In this document: in pieces, positions 8,748-21,101 of the stretch
Layout: each line of letters begins with the position of its first letter
Numbering within the stretch: the first letter of the stretch is position 1
Source of the DNA: Planctomycetota bacterium
GTDB taxonomy: Bacteria; Planctomycetota; B15-G4
Assembly: GCA_029259725.1 (NCBI GenBank)
Contig: JAJDER010000070.1
Coordinates: 25,387-89,386, forward strand
Reading direction: 5' to 3'
Length of the DNA stretch: 64,000 nucleotides
The notes under the pieces: model-generated
What the model was told of the DNA's origin: nothing
The model's database searches: none
Seen by the model: the letters and a program-made list of their open reading frames with translations, nothing else
Program-made: the position numbers and the translations under genes

Positions 8748-11603
8748 TCAGTCCTCGGTGACGATCTCGAGCTCGCGCACCTCGCCCCGCGACAGCGTCA
8801 ACTCGCCGCGCCAGTGGATCCAGGCCTCGCTCCCGAAGTGTTCGGCCTGGGCGACGTTCCCGACGACCAGCTCGTAGTCCCCGGGGTCGATGCCCTCGAA
8901 GGCGAAGGCCCCCCCGAGCAGGTCGGTGCGGCCCGCCAGGCCACCGCCCGGCCGAAGCAGGTTCACGTAGGTCCCGTCGGCCACCGGCACGCCCGAGGGC
9001 GTGAGCACCGTGCCCGAGAGCCTCGCGCCGTACTCGCCTTCGAGCACGAGACGCAGGTCCTCGACATCGGTGCCGGCGCCCAGGGACACCGTGGCCGTCG
9101 CGCCCCGGTAGCCCTGCAGCCCCGCGCTCAGGACGTGTTCCCCCGGCGCGAGGTGGTTGACGACGAAGCGGCCGTCCTCCCCGGCGGGCACCGACACCGG
9201 CTCGCGACCGACCAGCACCCGCGCGCCCGGCAGCGGACGACCGTCGTCGTCCATGATCCGCCCCGTGATGCGCCCGCCCGGGAAGGCGATGTCCACGATC
9301 TCGTGTCGGTTCCAGTCCAGCCGCGCCGGACGCGACACCCGCGACCCGCCTGGGGCCGTGGCCACCACGTCGACGTTGCCGGGCGAGTTCACCTCGAGGA
9401 CGTAATCACCGCGCTCGTCGGAGTGCCGCGTGTTGCTGGAGAGCTGCCGCTCGGCGCCGTCGCGCAGCACGGTCCACACGGCCTTGACCCGCACCCGGGC
9501 CAGGGGCGCGCCGAGGTGATCCGTGATCCGCCCGGTGAGTCGGGGATCGTCCCGCTGCTGGATGACGAGTTCGGCGATCTCATCAGCAGCCACATGGACA
9601 TCGAAGGCCGCGCCGGGGTCGCACTGGACGTGGTAGTCGCCGGGCACCAGGCCGAGGAGCTCGAAGCGTCCCTCCGCGTCGGCGCTGAGCACATGGAACG
9701 AGGCGAAGGGATCGGGCCCCTCGGTGGCGCGACGCCAGAGGGCCGCGCTGCCCCCGGCCGCCGGGCTGCCGTCCGGGAGGCGGATGACGCCGGACACTCC
9801 GCCGCCCAGGCCGAGAGTGAGGATCAGGTCCTCGCGTCGCTCGCCCGCCGCGAGGACCACCGGCTCGTCCTCGAGCGGGGCGAAGGGCGACGCGCTCACG
9901 CCGATGCGTCCGTCGAGCGCGGGGAGACCGACGAAGCGGAAGCGCCCGTCGGTCGCGGTGAGCTGCACGAGCGGATCGGGAGCGTTGGCGTCGCCCGGGT
10001 CGATGGACCCCACGGTCAACGACACGCTCGCCCGGGAGAGGGGCGCCCCGTCGGGGCCGACCACCGTGCCGGCCAGCACCGCCTCCGGGGACAACGACAC
10101 GGTGTGCTCCCGCACGCCCGGCGCCTCGATGCCGGCCGTGCTCGTGCGCAGGGTGGCCCACCCGTCGGCTGCCACGACCAGCCGCGTCGCCACCCGTCCC
10201 GGCCGGGCGACGAGGAAGGTCCCCGGCTCGTCGCCGGCGACCACCTCCAGCGCGGGATCCTTCCAGTGCGCCACGCCCCCGGCGCGGAAGGCCTCGACCC
10301 GCGCGGACGGCACGGGCTCTCCGGTGACCCCGTCGACCACGGTGAGCCGCAGGGTCGCCTGACGAGTCAGCCGCACGACCACGCCCGTCGCGCCGGGCGC
10401 GACGTCGTCCGTCCTTCCCGGCTCGTACCCGGTCCGCGCGGCCAGCACCGTGAAATTCACGCCGTCCAGCCCTTCGATCCGGAAGCGCCCGGCCTCGTCG
10501 GTCACCGGGAGGTCGGGCCGCTCGGTGGCATTGCCGACCAGGTGCAGGATCGTGTCCGACCCCATGTCGGCCGAGCTCCGCCCCCCGGGGCGCGTGAAGA
10601 CCGTGGCGCCGGCCAGGGGCAGGCCCTCGGCGTCGTGGACCACGCCCGAGATGCTGCCGCCGCCGGAGAGCACCAGGGTGCCGAGATCCCGGGTCTCCGC
10701 CGCCGCGAGCTGGATGCGCTCGGTGGTCGTCTCCACGCGGCCGGGCCGGCTCAGCAGGAAGGCGCCGGCGCCCTCGTCCAGGCCGCCGAACAGGAAGCGT
10801 CCGTCGGAGCCGGTGACGGTCCGCAGGAACACGCGCGGGTGGCCCTTCTGGCCGACGTCGTCCGAGGCCGTGGACCACTCCACGCGGAAGCTGAAGCGCG
10901 ACGCATCGACGGTCACGCCGGACAGCGGAGTCCCGAGGTCGTCCACCACCAGGCCGGTGACCACGGCCGCGGGACGCAGCACGATGTCGCCGGTGGACCA
11001 GTCGCCGCGCTGGAAACCGCGACAGACGTGCGCGGCGGCGGCGAACCCCTCGGCCATGACCAGCACTTCGGGGAAGCGCAGCGGGTTCATGTAGCGATCG
11101 GGGTGCGGCTCGCCGGGGCGCGCCGGCTCGTGGTGGACGTCGAGCACGAAGCGGCCGGCGTCGTCGGTGAGGGTCTCGACCGTGTCGGCGGGATCGAGCC
11201 GGCCGGGGACCAGCGGCAGGTCGCGGGCCTCGAGCGTCCAGCCGTCGGGATGCCAGATCACCCGCGCGCCGGGGACGGGTCGGCCGCCGAGGTCCACGAC
11301 GCGTCCGTCGAAGCGGGCGGGCACGCCGGCGGGGCGAGCCTCCGCTGCGACCTCGGCCGCGGTGTCGGCGTCGGTGTCGGCGATGGGCTCGAGGACTTCG
11401 GCGCCGTCGCGCTCGATCGGTGACCCGACGGGACCGCCCGGCCCGCTGTCCCCGCCCGACGATCCGGGTGCCTCGGTGACTTCGCGATCCCGCGGCGCGA
11501 ACGCCGCGTCGTCGTCGGGTCCCAGCGCCAGCCAGACCAGGGTCACCACCGCCACGACGGCCAGCAGCACCAGCCCGCGTCGCCTGCCCCGACCGTGACT
11601 CAA
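8748..11603 (-). CDS. Membrane-anchored protein with multiple carboxypeptidase-regulatory-like (Cna-B/transthyretin-like) repeats
   Basis: N-terminal TM helix, then repeated GxVxDxxGxPLxGAxV...TDxxGRF...L.PG.Y units. Confidence 0.8.
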   Translation of the reverse strand: MSHGRGRRRGLVLLAVVAVVTLVWLALGPDDDAAFAPRDREVTEAPGSSGGDSGPGGPVGSPIERDGAEVLEPIADTDADTAAEVAAEARPAGVPARFDGRVVDLGGRPVPGARVIWHPDGWTLEARDLPLVPGRLDPADTVETLTDDAGRFVLDVHHEPARPGEPHPDRYMNPLRFPEVLVMAEGFAAAAHVCRGFQRGDWSTGDIVLRPAAVVTGLVVDDLGTPLSGVTVDASRFSFRVEWSTASDDVGQKGHPRVFLRTVTGSDGRFLFGGLDEGAGAFLLSRPGRVETTTERIQLAAAETRDLGTLVLSGGGSISGVVHDAEGLPLAGATVFTRPGGRSSADMGSDTILHLVGNATERPDLPVTDEAGRFRIEGLDGVNFTVLAARTGYEPGRTDDVAPGATGVVVRLTRQATLRLTVVDGVTGEPVPSARVEAFRAGGVAHWKDPALEVVAGDEPGTFLVARPGRVATRLVVAADGWATLRTSTAGIEAPGVREHTVSLSPEAVLAGTVVGPDGAPLSRASVSLTVGSIDPGDANAPDPLVQLTATDGRFRFVGLPALDGRIGVSASPFAPLEDEPVVLAAGERREDLILTLGLGGGVSGVIRLPDGSPAAGGSAALWRRATEGPDPFASFHVLSADAEGRFELLGLVPGDYHVQCDPGAAFDVHVAADEIAELVIQQRDDPRLTGRITDHLGAPLARVRVKAVWTVLRDGAERQLSSNTRHSDERGDYVLEVNSPGNVDVVATAPGGSRVSRPARLDWNRHEIVDIAFPGGRITGRIMDDDGRPLPGARVLVGREPVSVPAGEDGRFVVNHLAPGEHVLSAGLQGYRGATATVSLGAGTDVEDLRLVLEGEYGARLSGTVLTPSGVPVADGTYVNLLRPGGGLAGRTDLLGGAFAFEGIDPGDYELVVGNVAQAEHFGSEAWIHWRGELTLSRGEVRELEIVTED

Positions 11604-11642
11604 GCCTCGGCCCTCCCCGACGTCTCCTCGCCCGGGCGCTCC

Positions 11643-12836
11643 CTACCGCTCGAACAGCGCCGAGATGCCCATCCCGCCGCTCACGCACAGCGAGGCCAGG
11701 CCGCGCCGGGCGTCCCGCTTCTTCAACTCGTGCAGCAGCGTGACCACGATGCGGGCGCCGGTGCAACCGATGGGATGGCCCAGGGCGATCGAGCCGCCGT
11801 TCACGTTGAGTCGCTCGGCATCCAGGCCCAGCTCGCGATCGCAGGCGATGACCTGCGCGGCGAACGCCTCGTTGAGCTCGATCAGGTCGATGTCGGCCAG
11901 CGCCGTGTCGGTGCGGCCCAGCAGCGCCTCGGTGGCGGGCACCGGGCCGATGCCCATGACCTTCGGGTCCACGCCGGCCATGGCGCCGCCGCGCAGGGTG
12001 GCCAGGATCTCCATGCCGCGGCTGTCGGCGAAGGCGCGCGTGGTGACCAGCACCGCCGCCGCGCCGTCGGTGATGCCCGAGCTGTTGCCCGCGTGCACGC
12101 TGCCGTCCTTGCGGAAGACCGGCTTCAGCCGGGCCATGGACTCCAGGTTCGCGTCGGGCCGCGGGTGCTCGTCGGTGTCGAGCACCGTCTCGCCCTTCCG
12201 CGTCTTCACCGTGACCGGGACGATCTCGTCCTTGAAGCGCCCGGTCTCCATGGCCACGCCGGCCTTGCGCTGGGACTCGACCGCGAAGGCGTCCTGCTCG
12301 TCGCGCGAGATCTCGTAGCGATCGGCCAGGGTCTCGGCGGTGCGGCCCATGGGCACGTCGGCCAGCGGACAGTGGAAACCGTCCTGGTAGTTGCCGTCGA
12401 GCAGGTCCGCGTGACCCATGCGGTAGCCGGCGCGCATCTGCGGCATGAGGAACGGGATGCGCGTCATCGACTCGGTGCCACCGGCGATGATCGCGGTGGC
12501 GTCGCCGCTGCGGATCTCGTTGCCGGCCATGAGGATCGCGCGCAGGCCGCTGGCACAGGCCTGGTTGATCGTGATCGCCGTGCCGGTGTCGTCGATGCCG
12601 GCGCCGATCTGCACCTGACGCGCGACGTTGGGGCCCGAGCCCGCCTGGCGCGCCATGCCGAAGATGACCTGGTCCACGTCGCCGGGCCGGCAGCCGGAGC
12701 GCTCGAGCACGCCGCGCGTGGCGATCACCCCCAGCTCGACCGCACTCACGCTCGACAGCCCACCGTTGAAGCGGCCGATGGGTGTGCGCGCCGCTCCGGC
12801 GATGACGACGTCGGTGGCTTGGGGCTGGGCACTCAT
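11643..12836 (-). CDS. Thiolase (acetyl-CoA C-acetyltransferase), second paralogue
   Basis: NQACASG, NEAFA, GHPIGCTG, CVSGGMG; start set at ATG 12836. Confidence 0.95.
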   Translation of the reverse strand: MSAQPQATDVVIAGAARTPIGRFNGGLSSVSAVELGVIATRGVLERSGCRPGDVDQVIFGMARQAGSGPNVARQVQIGAGIDDTGTAITINQACASGLRAILMAGNEIRSGDATAIIAGGTESMTRIPFLMPQMRAGYRMGHADLLDGNYQDGFHCPLADVPMGRTAETLADRYEISRDEQDAFAVESQRKAGVAMETGRFKDEIVPVTVKTRKGETVLDTDEHPRPDANLESMARLKPVFRKDGSVHAGNSSGITDGAAAVLVTTRAFADSRGMEILATLRGGAMAGVDPKVMGIGPVPATEALLGRTDTALADIDLIELNEAFAAQVIACDRELGLDAERLNVNGGSIALGHPIGCTGARIVVTLLHELKKRDARRGLASLCVSGGMGISALFER

Positions 12837-12976
12837 GGGGTCTTCCGTTCCGCGGGGTGTCGACCGGCCCCGATCGGTGGCCCCGATCGGTGGGCCCGGC
12901 GTGGAACCGGGGACTGTAGCGCAAAGGGCGGGGCGCCCGCATCCGGCTCCCGGACCCACCCGCTACACTCGGACTC

Positions 12977-14882
12977 GTGACGCCGTCGCCCGATTCCTCG
13001 CCGCCCGTGTCCCCGTCGGCCGGCACCTCCGCGCCCGAGGCGGGGTCGCGCAGACCGACGGTGTCCAAGGCGACGGCGGCCGGCACGCGGGCGGCAGGCA
13101 CGGCGGCGGCCGGCACGACGGCGGCCGGTTCCTCCGGCGATGCGCTGCAGGACCGGACCATGCGCGTCGACACGCCGGAGAACGTGGCGCTCGACTACCC
13201 CCTGGCCGGCCTCGGCTCGCGCTACGCCGCGCTGTTCGCCGACGCCCTGATCATGGTGCTGGTCGGACTGGGCGTGCCGCTGCTCCTCGCCCTGTTCATG
13301 GGCCTCGGCGGCTTCGCCGACGGCGGGCTGCTGACGGGCCTGTTCGTGCTGTGGGTCTTCCTCGTCTTCTGGGGCTACTTCTTCGCCTACGAGGCCTTCC
13401 GCGACGGGCAGACGCCGGGCAAGCGCTGGCTCTCCCTGCGCGTCGTCATGGCAGGGGGCTACCCGCTCACCGTGCAGGCCGCGGCGATCCGCAACCTGGT
13501 GCGAATCGTGGACCTGCAGCCGATCCCCGCCTGCCTGCTGGGCGGTTTCGTGATGCTGCTCACTCGCCAGGGCCAACGCCTCGGCGACCTGGCCGCGGGC
13601 ACCGTGGTGGTGCGCGAGCTGCCGATCGCGTTTCCCGAGGTGGACGCCGCGACCCACGCCACCGTCGGGCTCCCACGCCTCTCCGACGCGGGCTACGCGG
13701 CGCTGGAGTCGTTCGCCGACCGCCACGGCGCGCTCGACGCGGACATCGCCCGCACGCTCGCCACGCGACTCTCTCGCAAGCTCGCCCCGGTCGTGCCGCG
13801 CGAGACCCTCGAGCACCAGATCACGCACGTGCTGCGCGTCCAGGCCGACGAGATGCAACGCCGACGCGCCGCCCGCCTGCGCGTGGCCGGCGGCTCGGCG
13901 GCCGCCACCGCGTTGCTCGCGGCCAAGCGCGAGCGCTGGCTCGGTTTTCACGAACAGGTCGGCGACGTGCGCCGGCGGGGTCTGCGCAAGCTCGGCGAGG
14001 ACCAGGTCGGCGAGTTCGCCGCGCGCTACCGCGAGGTGTCCGCGGACCTGGCCCGGGCGCGCACCTATGGCGCGTCGGCCGGCACGGTCTTCGCGCTCGA
14101 GCGGCTCACCGGCGCCGCGCACAACCTGTTCTACCGGCCCGCTCGCCGGGAACTCGGTCGGCTCGGAGCCTGGATCACCGGCGGCTACCCGCGGCTGCTG
14201 CGGCGACTGTGGCGCCCCATCGGCCTGGCCTTCGTGCTGCTCTACGGCCCGGGCCTGATCGTCTACCTGTTGATGACCTCCGACCCGAGCCTGGAGACCC
14301 TGCTCTCCACCCCGGACATGATCGCGCGGGCCGAAGCCGCCACCGAACCCGGCGTGGACTACCGCGACACCTGGGACTCGCCCTGGATGGGCAGCACGGC
14401 GTTGAGTTCGGTGCTCATCGCGAACAACGTCCAGGTGGCCTTCCTGGCCTTCGCATCCGGCATCCTCGCCGCGCTCGGGCCCGTGTTCGTGCTGATCTTC
14501 AACGGCATGCACCTGGGCAGTGCCCTGGCGGTCTTCGCCAACCGCGGCGTGCTCGACGTGATCGGCGTGTTCGTGCTGCCCCACGGCGTGATCGAGTTGA
14601 CCGCCATCGTCATCGCCGGCGGCGCGGGCCTGTGGCTCGGGAGCGCGATCCTGTTGCCGGGGCGCCAGACGCGGTTGGCGGCCCTGGCGACCCGTGCGCG
14701 CGACGCGGTGCAGCTGGTCTTCGGCGTCGCGCTCATGTTGCTCGTCGCGGGCCTGATCGAGGGGCACATCTCCCCGGCGCGCATCCCCGACGAGGTCAAG
14801 CTGAGCTTCGCCGCCGTCGCGGCGGCGGGGCTGGTCTGGTACCTGACGCTGGCCGGGCGCGCGCCGGCGGCGAGCGGAGCTC

Positions 14883-14905
<23 letters not shown>
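12977..14905 (+). CDS. RDD domain - SpoIIM-like (DUF95) membrane fusion protein
   Basis: TPENVALDYPLAGLGSRYAA...GQTPGKR...IRNLVRIVD...QRLGDLAAGT (RDD); ANNVQVAF...LPHGVIELTAIVIAGGAGL...AGLIEG (SpoIIM-like). Confidence 0.88.
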
Positions 14906-16285
<1,380 letters not shown>

Positions 16286-16289
<4 letters not shown>

Positions 16290-17272
16290 CGCGGCGCCTC
16301 GACGCTCTCGACCACGGCCGCCACGCGCGCGTCGGCGGTGACGCCCTCCACCTCGGCCTCCGCCGTGAGCATCACGCGGTGGCGCAGCACGGGGATGGCC
16401 ATCGCCTTCACGTCCTCGGGCACCACGAAGTCACGGCCCTGCACCAGCGCGCGTGCCTGCGCCGCCCGCGACAACGCCACGCTCGCGCGCGGGCTGGCCC
16501 CGAGCGCGAGGCTCGGATCCTGACGCGTCCGCCTCACGAGTGCGACGACGTAGCGGCGCAGTTCGGGGTCGAGGCGCACACGACGCGCATCCCGGCGCAG
16601 CGCCAGCAGTCCCTCCCGCCCCAGGCTCGCCGACAAGCCGAAGGTCTCCGGGTCCGCGGCGTCGAAACCCATGGCATGTCGATCGAGGATGGCCACCTCG
16701 GCTTCCTCGGCCGGATAGTCCACGCGGATCTTGAGCAGGAAGCGGTCCAGCTGCGCCTCGGGCAACGGATAGGTGCCCTCGTACTCCACCGGGTTCTGGC
16801 TGGCGAAGACGCTGAACGCCGCGGGGAGCTTGTGCGACCTGCCGTCCACGGTGACCTGCCGCTCCTCCATGGCCTCGAGCAGCGCCGCCTGGGTCTTGGC
16901 CGGGGCACGGTTGATCTCGTCGGCCAGCAGCAGGTCGGCGAAGATCGGGCCGGGCTGGAACACGAACGCGCGCTGCATCTCGTCGAGCATGTTCACGCCG
17001 GTCACGTCGGTGGGCATCAGGTCGGGCGTGAACTGGATGCGGCCGAACTCCGCGTGCAGGCTGCGCGCCAGCCCGCGGATGGCCAGGGTCTTCGCGGTGC
17101 CGGGGACGCCCTCGATCAGCGCATGCCCCCCGGCGACCAGGGTGACCAGCATCTGCTCCAGCATGTCGTCCTGTCCGAGGACGACCTGACCGAGCTCGGA
17201 GAGCAGCTGGTTGCAACGCTCGCCGGCGGCCTCGGCTTCCTCGGGCGACAGCGGCAGCGGTGGCTCAGGCAC
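16286..17272 (-). CDS. moxR: MoxR family AAA+ ATPase
   Basis: EGVPGTAKT Walker A, RIQFTPDLMP, LLADEINRAPAKTQAALLEAMEE, EGTYPLPEAQLDRF. Confidence 0.95.
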
Positions 17273-18470
17273 GGGACGTCTCCGGTCGGGTGGTGGATGC
17301 CGGGTCGGCGAACACGACGAGCAGGCGATCGATGGCGGCGCTCAGGGCGACGAGGTCGGGCACACCGCCGGACCCGGCGTCGCCCTCGCGCGCGGCGAGG
17401 ATGGTGGTCACGTCACCGTCGCGGTCCGGCCGCGCGGCGCCGAGGGCGTGCAGCCGTTGCTCGAGCGCCGCGGCGTCGGGCAACTGCAGGTGCTGGCGCA
17501 GACCCTCCACCAGCAGACGCGCGGGGCGCGAACGGGCGGCCGCGCCCTGGTAGGCGCTGGCCAGGGCCTCGACGTGCTCGAGCGAAGAGCGCCCCGGCAC
17601 GGGCGGCGCCGGCAGCGGCGGCCCGAAGCGCACGCCGGCGAACACGAGCGTGGCGAGCAAGAGCACGATCGAGCCGATCACGGACCAGCCCGCGTGCGTC
17701 CCGGCCAGCCACCGGCCGGTCGTCGCGAAGAGCCCGGCGCCCTCCTCGTAGCCGTGGTGGAACTCGTCGAACCACACGGCGTCCTCGGGCGCCAGCGCCA
17801 GCAGCGCACGGATCGCCACGGGGCCCAGCCGCGACGACCGGAGGCCGCCGTTGGTCAGCACTCCGGTGTCGCTCAGCATCAGGATGTGGCCCGCGCCGAG
17901 AGCCAGGCGCACCAGGGGCGAGCCGCCCTCGTCATCGATGAGCAGGGGTTCGATCCCGTCGGCCTGCAGCCCGGCCAGCTCGAAGACCTGGTCGACGCCG
18001 GCGATCTCCGTCGGCGCTCCCTCGAGCACCGACAGCGCCCATTCCCCGGCGCGCGCGCCCGTCCGGCAGCGGCCGGCGGCGTCGACGACGGAGACACCCA
18101 ACCGGCGGGCCAGGGTCTCCTGCGGGGCGCCCGGTGGCCGCGGCGCGTAGAACAACCGCCCGCCGCGCGCGACCCAACCGAGCAGGGCATCCGCGTCCGG
18201 CTCGGTGATCTCCTCCTCCGCGTGCAGCAGCACCAGCACCGACACGTCGCGCGGGTCGAGTGCATCAACCGGTCGCATCCAGCGTGCGACCGGCCGGCCG
18301 AGCTGCTCCAGCACCTCGTACAGCGCGCGGGCACCACCGTCACCGACGAAGAAGGTGCTCGGGCGCAGCCTCTCGCTGCGCTCCACGGCCCCCGGGTTGA
18401 GCAACGCCACCACCGCGGTGAAGAGCCCGACGATGAGCAGCGCGCGTCGTTGGAGGCGTGCCTCGTTCAC
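17265..18470 (-). CDS. DUF4350-like membrane-anchored protein
   Basis: N-terminal TM, PSTF...GARALYEVL, LLGWVARGG, VWFDEFHHG, C-terminal RFGP...SSLEHVEALASAY; position in MoxR cluster. Confidence 0.75.
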   Translation of the reverse strand: MNEARLQRRALLIVGLFTAVVALLNPGAVERSERLRPSTFFVGDGGARALYEVLEQLGRPVARWMRPVDALDPRDVSVLVLLHAEEEITEPDADALLGWVARGGRLFYAPRPPGAPQETLARRLGVSVVDAAGRCRTGARAGEWALSVLEGAPTEIAGVDQVFELAGLQADGIEPLLIDDEGGSPLVRLALGAGHILMLSDTGVLTNGGLRSSRLGPVAIRALLALAPEDAVWFDEFHHGYEEGAGLFATTGRWLAGTHAGWSVIGSIVLLLATLVFAGVRFGPPLPAPPVPGRSSLEHVEALASAYQGAAARSRPARLLVEGLRQHLQLPDAAALEQRLHALGAARPDRDGDVTTILAAREGDAGSGGVPDLVALSAAIDRLLVVFADPASTTRPETSRA

Positions 18471-19135
18471 TCCGGCACCCCCATCGCGCTGGCCGACGCG
18501 CGCATCTCCCGAAACGCCTGCGCCTGCGCGATCCGGCCGCCGAAGGCCACCGGGTAGAAGACCGCCAGGATGCGTCGGAAGAAGGGTCGATGCGGCGAGG
18601 CCGAGAGTTCCCGCACGTAGTCACCGCCCGTCTTGCTCTCCTCGAAGCGCAGCTGCCCGGCCGTGTCGAGCCAGTGCAGCGTGCCCGCGTAGAGCGCGTG
18701 CATGGCGTCGGCGAAGCGTCCCGACGCGGCGAGGGCGCGCGCGTCGTCCAGCGCCGACGACGCGTCCGGCAGCTCGTTCACCGGCGGCCCGCCCGCCCCG
18801 CCCGGCCCGCCCGCGGTGGCCGTCCTGGGTTGGCGCAGCTGGAGCAGGGTCCAGACGAAGTGCCCGACGATCGCCGCGAGCACGAGCACCATCCACCAGA
18901 ACACCAGGCGCGCGAGCAAGCCGTCCCCGCCGAGGAACTCGGCCGCGCTGGAGAACAGCCCCCCGAAGACATCGTCGAGCAGCTCCAGCACGCCGTTCCA
19001 GAGCCGTTCCATCAGGCCCTCCGACTCGGGCCGGAATTCCGGCCGCGCGAGCACCTCGTCGACGGCGCGCGAGATGCTCGAGGTGTCGGGCAGGTCCGAC
19101 GGACCCGCCGCCGGCGGTGGTGTCGGGACGGCCAC
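18467..19135 (-). CDS. DUF4129-like membrane protein
   Basis: VDEVLARPEF, TM helix, GRFADAMHALY...KTGGDYVREL...VAFGGR; cluster context. Confidence 0.75.
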   Translation of the reverse strand: MAVPTPPPAAGPSDLPDTSSISRAVDEVLARPEFRPESEGLMERLWNGVLELLDDVFGGLFSSAAEFLGGDGLLARLVFWWMVLVLAAIVGHFVWTLLQLRQPRTATAGGPGGAGGPPVNELPDASSALDDARALAASGRFADAMHALYAGTLHWLDTAGQLRFEESKTGGDYVRELSASPHRPFFRRILAVFYPVAFGGRIAQAQAFREMRASASAMGVPE

Positions 19136-19138
19136 GCG

Positions 19139-19909
19139 TCAGCCCTCGACCGGGACGCTCCAGGTCTCGTCGTCCTCGGCCGCCTCCATCGCCACGGCCA
19201 CGTCGAGGCCGTCCTTGCGCACCCGCATGTCGAAGTAGAGCAGCACCCAGGCCAGGGCGTAGAACGGCTCGGTCAGCACGCGCACGAGCAGCCCCGAGAG
19301 GAACAGCCACAGGGGTTGCCGGAAGGCCTCGGCGAGACTCTGCGGTTCCCGCGAGAACTGCTCGAAGTTCGTGATCCAGCTGCCTGCGGCGAGGGCGAGC
19401 CCCGGTGCGTAGGTGATCAGCATGCAGATGAACAAGGTCACGGCGATCTTGGCCCACGCGTCCCGCGCCAGCGCGCGCGAGCGGCCGAAGAAGTCCCACT
19501 GGTCCTCGATCACGAGGATCGGTGCCCAGGCGAACCAGAGGATCCAGAGGATCACGGCCGGCACCACCAGCAGGACGAAGCCGAACGCGAACGCGAACCT
19601 CGTGAACACGAACACCGTGAAGAGCGGGAACGCCTTGCGCAGCCCCTTCCTCAGCGACGCTCCCAGCGTGGCCTCACGACCCTGGACCACTTCCGACGAC
19701 ATCCAGACCAGTGCGCCGAGGTAGATCCAGTAGGTGAAGAACTCCATCAGGAAGGAGAACTCCTGCCCGAACACGAGCCCGACCACGGCCTGCGCTCCGA
19801 ACACGAGCAGTCCCAGCAACATGAACCGGGTGAAGTGTCGCCGGAAGAGGCTGAAAGCCCCGTCGAGGATCTCTCCGATGGAGAGCGGACGCAGCGCAGA
19901 GGACGCCAT
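19139..19909 (-). CDS. Multi-pass membrane protein of the MoxR/DUF58 cluster
   Basis: LRPLSIGEILDGAFSLFRRHF N-terminus and LLYFDMRVRKDGLDV C-terminus, several TM segments. Confidence 0.8.
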   Translation of the reverse strand: MASSALRPLSIGEILDGAFSLFRRHFTRFMLLGLLVFGAQAVVGLVFGQEFSFLMEFFTYWIYLGALVWMSSEVVQGREATLGASLRKGLRKAFPLFTVFVFTRFAFAFGFVLLVVPAVILWILWFAWAPILVIEDQWDFFGRSRALARDAWAKIAVTLFICMLITYAPGLALAAGSWITNFEQFSREPQSLAEAFRQPLWLFLSGLLVRVLTEPFYALAWVLLYFDMRVRKDGLDVAVAMEAAEDDETWSVPVEG

Positions 19910-20048
19910 GGTCGGACGGGTCTCCTCCGGGGCGTCGAGTGCGGGCCGCACGGCTTGCGCGACCGTATCCCCCGTGGGCGCAGTCTAGCGGCGGTCTCCG
20001 TCCCAACGCAACGCGCGCCGCCCGAACGGAGTCGGACGACGCGCGTCT

Positions 20049-20087
20049 CGGCAGATCGTCGCGGCAGATCGTCGCGGCAGATCGTCT
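20049..20087. repeat. 13-bp tandem repeat x3
   Basis: CGGCAGATCGTCG, CGGCAGATCGTCG, CGGCAGATCGTCT just downstream of the stop at 20101. Confidence 0.85.
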
Positions 20088-20100
20088 GCGGTCGGCGGGA

Positions 20101-20859
20101 TCAGCCGCCGCGGCCACCGCGGCCACCGCGCTCGCCGGCGCCACCTTCACGGGCGGGCTCCTGCTCGCGTTCGGGGGCGGCGTCGCGCGCCGGCGCGGCG
20201 TCACGCCCCGGCGAGCGTGCCGACGCGCGCGCGTCGGCCAGCGCCTTCAGGGTCGGCCGCGGATCCGCGTCGAAGGCCTTGACGCAGTTGCCGCAGCAGA
20301 ACTGCACGAGCGTGTTGCCGTAGAGCACCTGCCGGGGGTTGTCGCCGAGCGCCTTGCCCTTCACCAGGCAGGTGGTGACCGGATAGTCGGCCGCCTGCGC
20401 GGTGATGTAGGCCTGGTCGAGGCGCGCCATCGCCGCGGTCGGGTCGGCCGTGAGCTTCTTGGCGCAGCTCTTGCAGCAGGTGCGGGCGAGACGGGTGCCG
20501 ACCACGACGTCGACGGGCGCATCACCGAGAGCCTCGCCCGGCTGGAACAAACAGGTCTCGAGCGGGTAGCTGGCGGCCTGGGCCTCGATCACGGCGCGGT
20601 CCACCTTGGCGATGGCGGCGGCGGGCTCGGCGTGCACCTTCTTGACGCAGCCGTTGCAGCACAGCTTGACGAGGCGGCCCTCGACGACGACATCGATCGC
20701 ATCGCCCATCGAGCCGAGCTCCTCGCCGCTGATCACGCAGGTGGTCAACGGGTACGAGGGGGACTGGGCGGCGATCACGTCGGCGTCGCCGGGCGTGGCC
20801 GCGGTGAGGAGGACGGTGAGAACGGGCAGGGCCGCAAGGGCCAGCAGGCGGGTGAGCAT
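20101..20859 (-). CDS. Secreted protein with three YHS/TRASH-like metal-binding repeats
   Basis: Signal peptide; 3x YPxxTC...CCxxC (CCNGC, CCKSC, CCGNC). Confidence 0.85.
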   Translation of the reverse strand: MLTRLLALAALPVLTVLLTAATPGDADVIAAQSPSYPLTTCVISGEELGSMGDAIDVVVEGRLVKLCCNGCVKKVHAEPAAAIAKVDRAVIEAQAASYPLETCLFQPGEALGDAPVDVVVGTRLARTCCKSCAKKLTADPTAAMARLDQAYITAQAADYPVTTCLVKGKALGDNPRQVLYGNTLVQFCCGNCVKAFDADPRPTLKALADARASARSPGRDAAPARDAAPEREQEPAREGGAGERGGRGGRGG

Positions 20860-21101
20860 GGTCACGAGTGCTCCTTGGATGGTGGGTTCGGCGCGGTCTT
20901 GTCGTTCACCGGCCGGGCGCGGCTGATTATTCCAGGTTGGGCGGCTCGGCGGGGGAACTTCACGGCGACTTGCCGTGCGCCGGCGGCGGCGATGCGGCCA
21001 TCATGTCCGGGGCGCACGCCCGCAGGGGCCTCTCGCCGGGCCCGTATCCACGCGGCCGAGGCCGATCCCGCCAGGAATCCCGATCTCCCGGAGAACGACC
21101 C

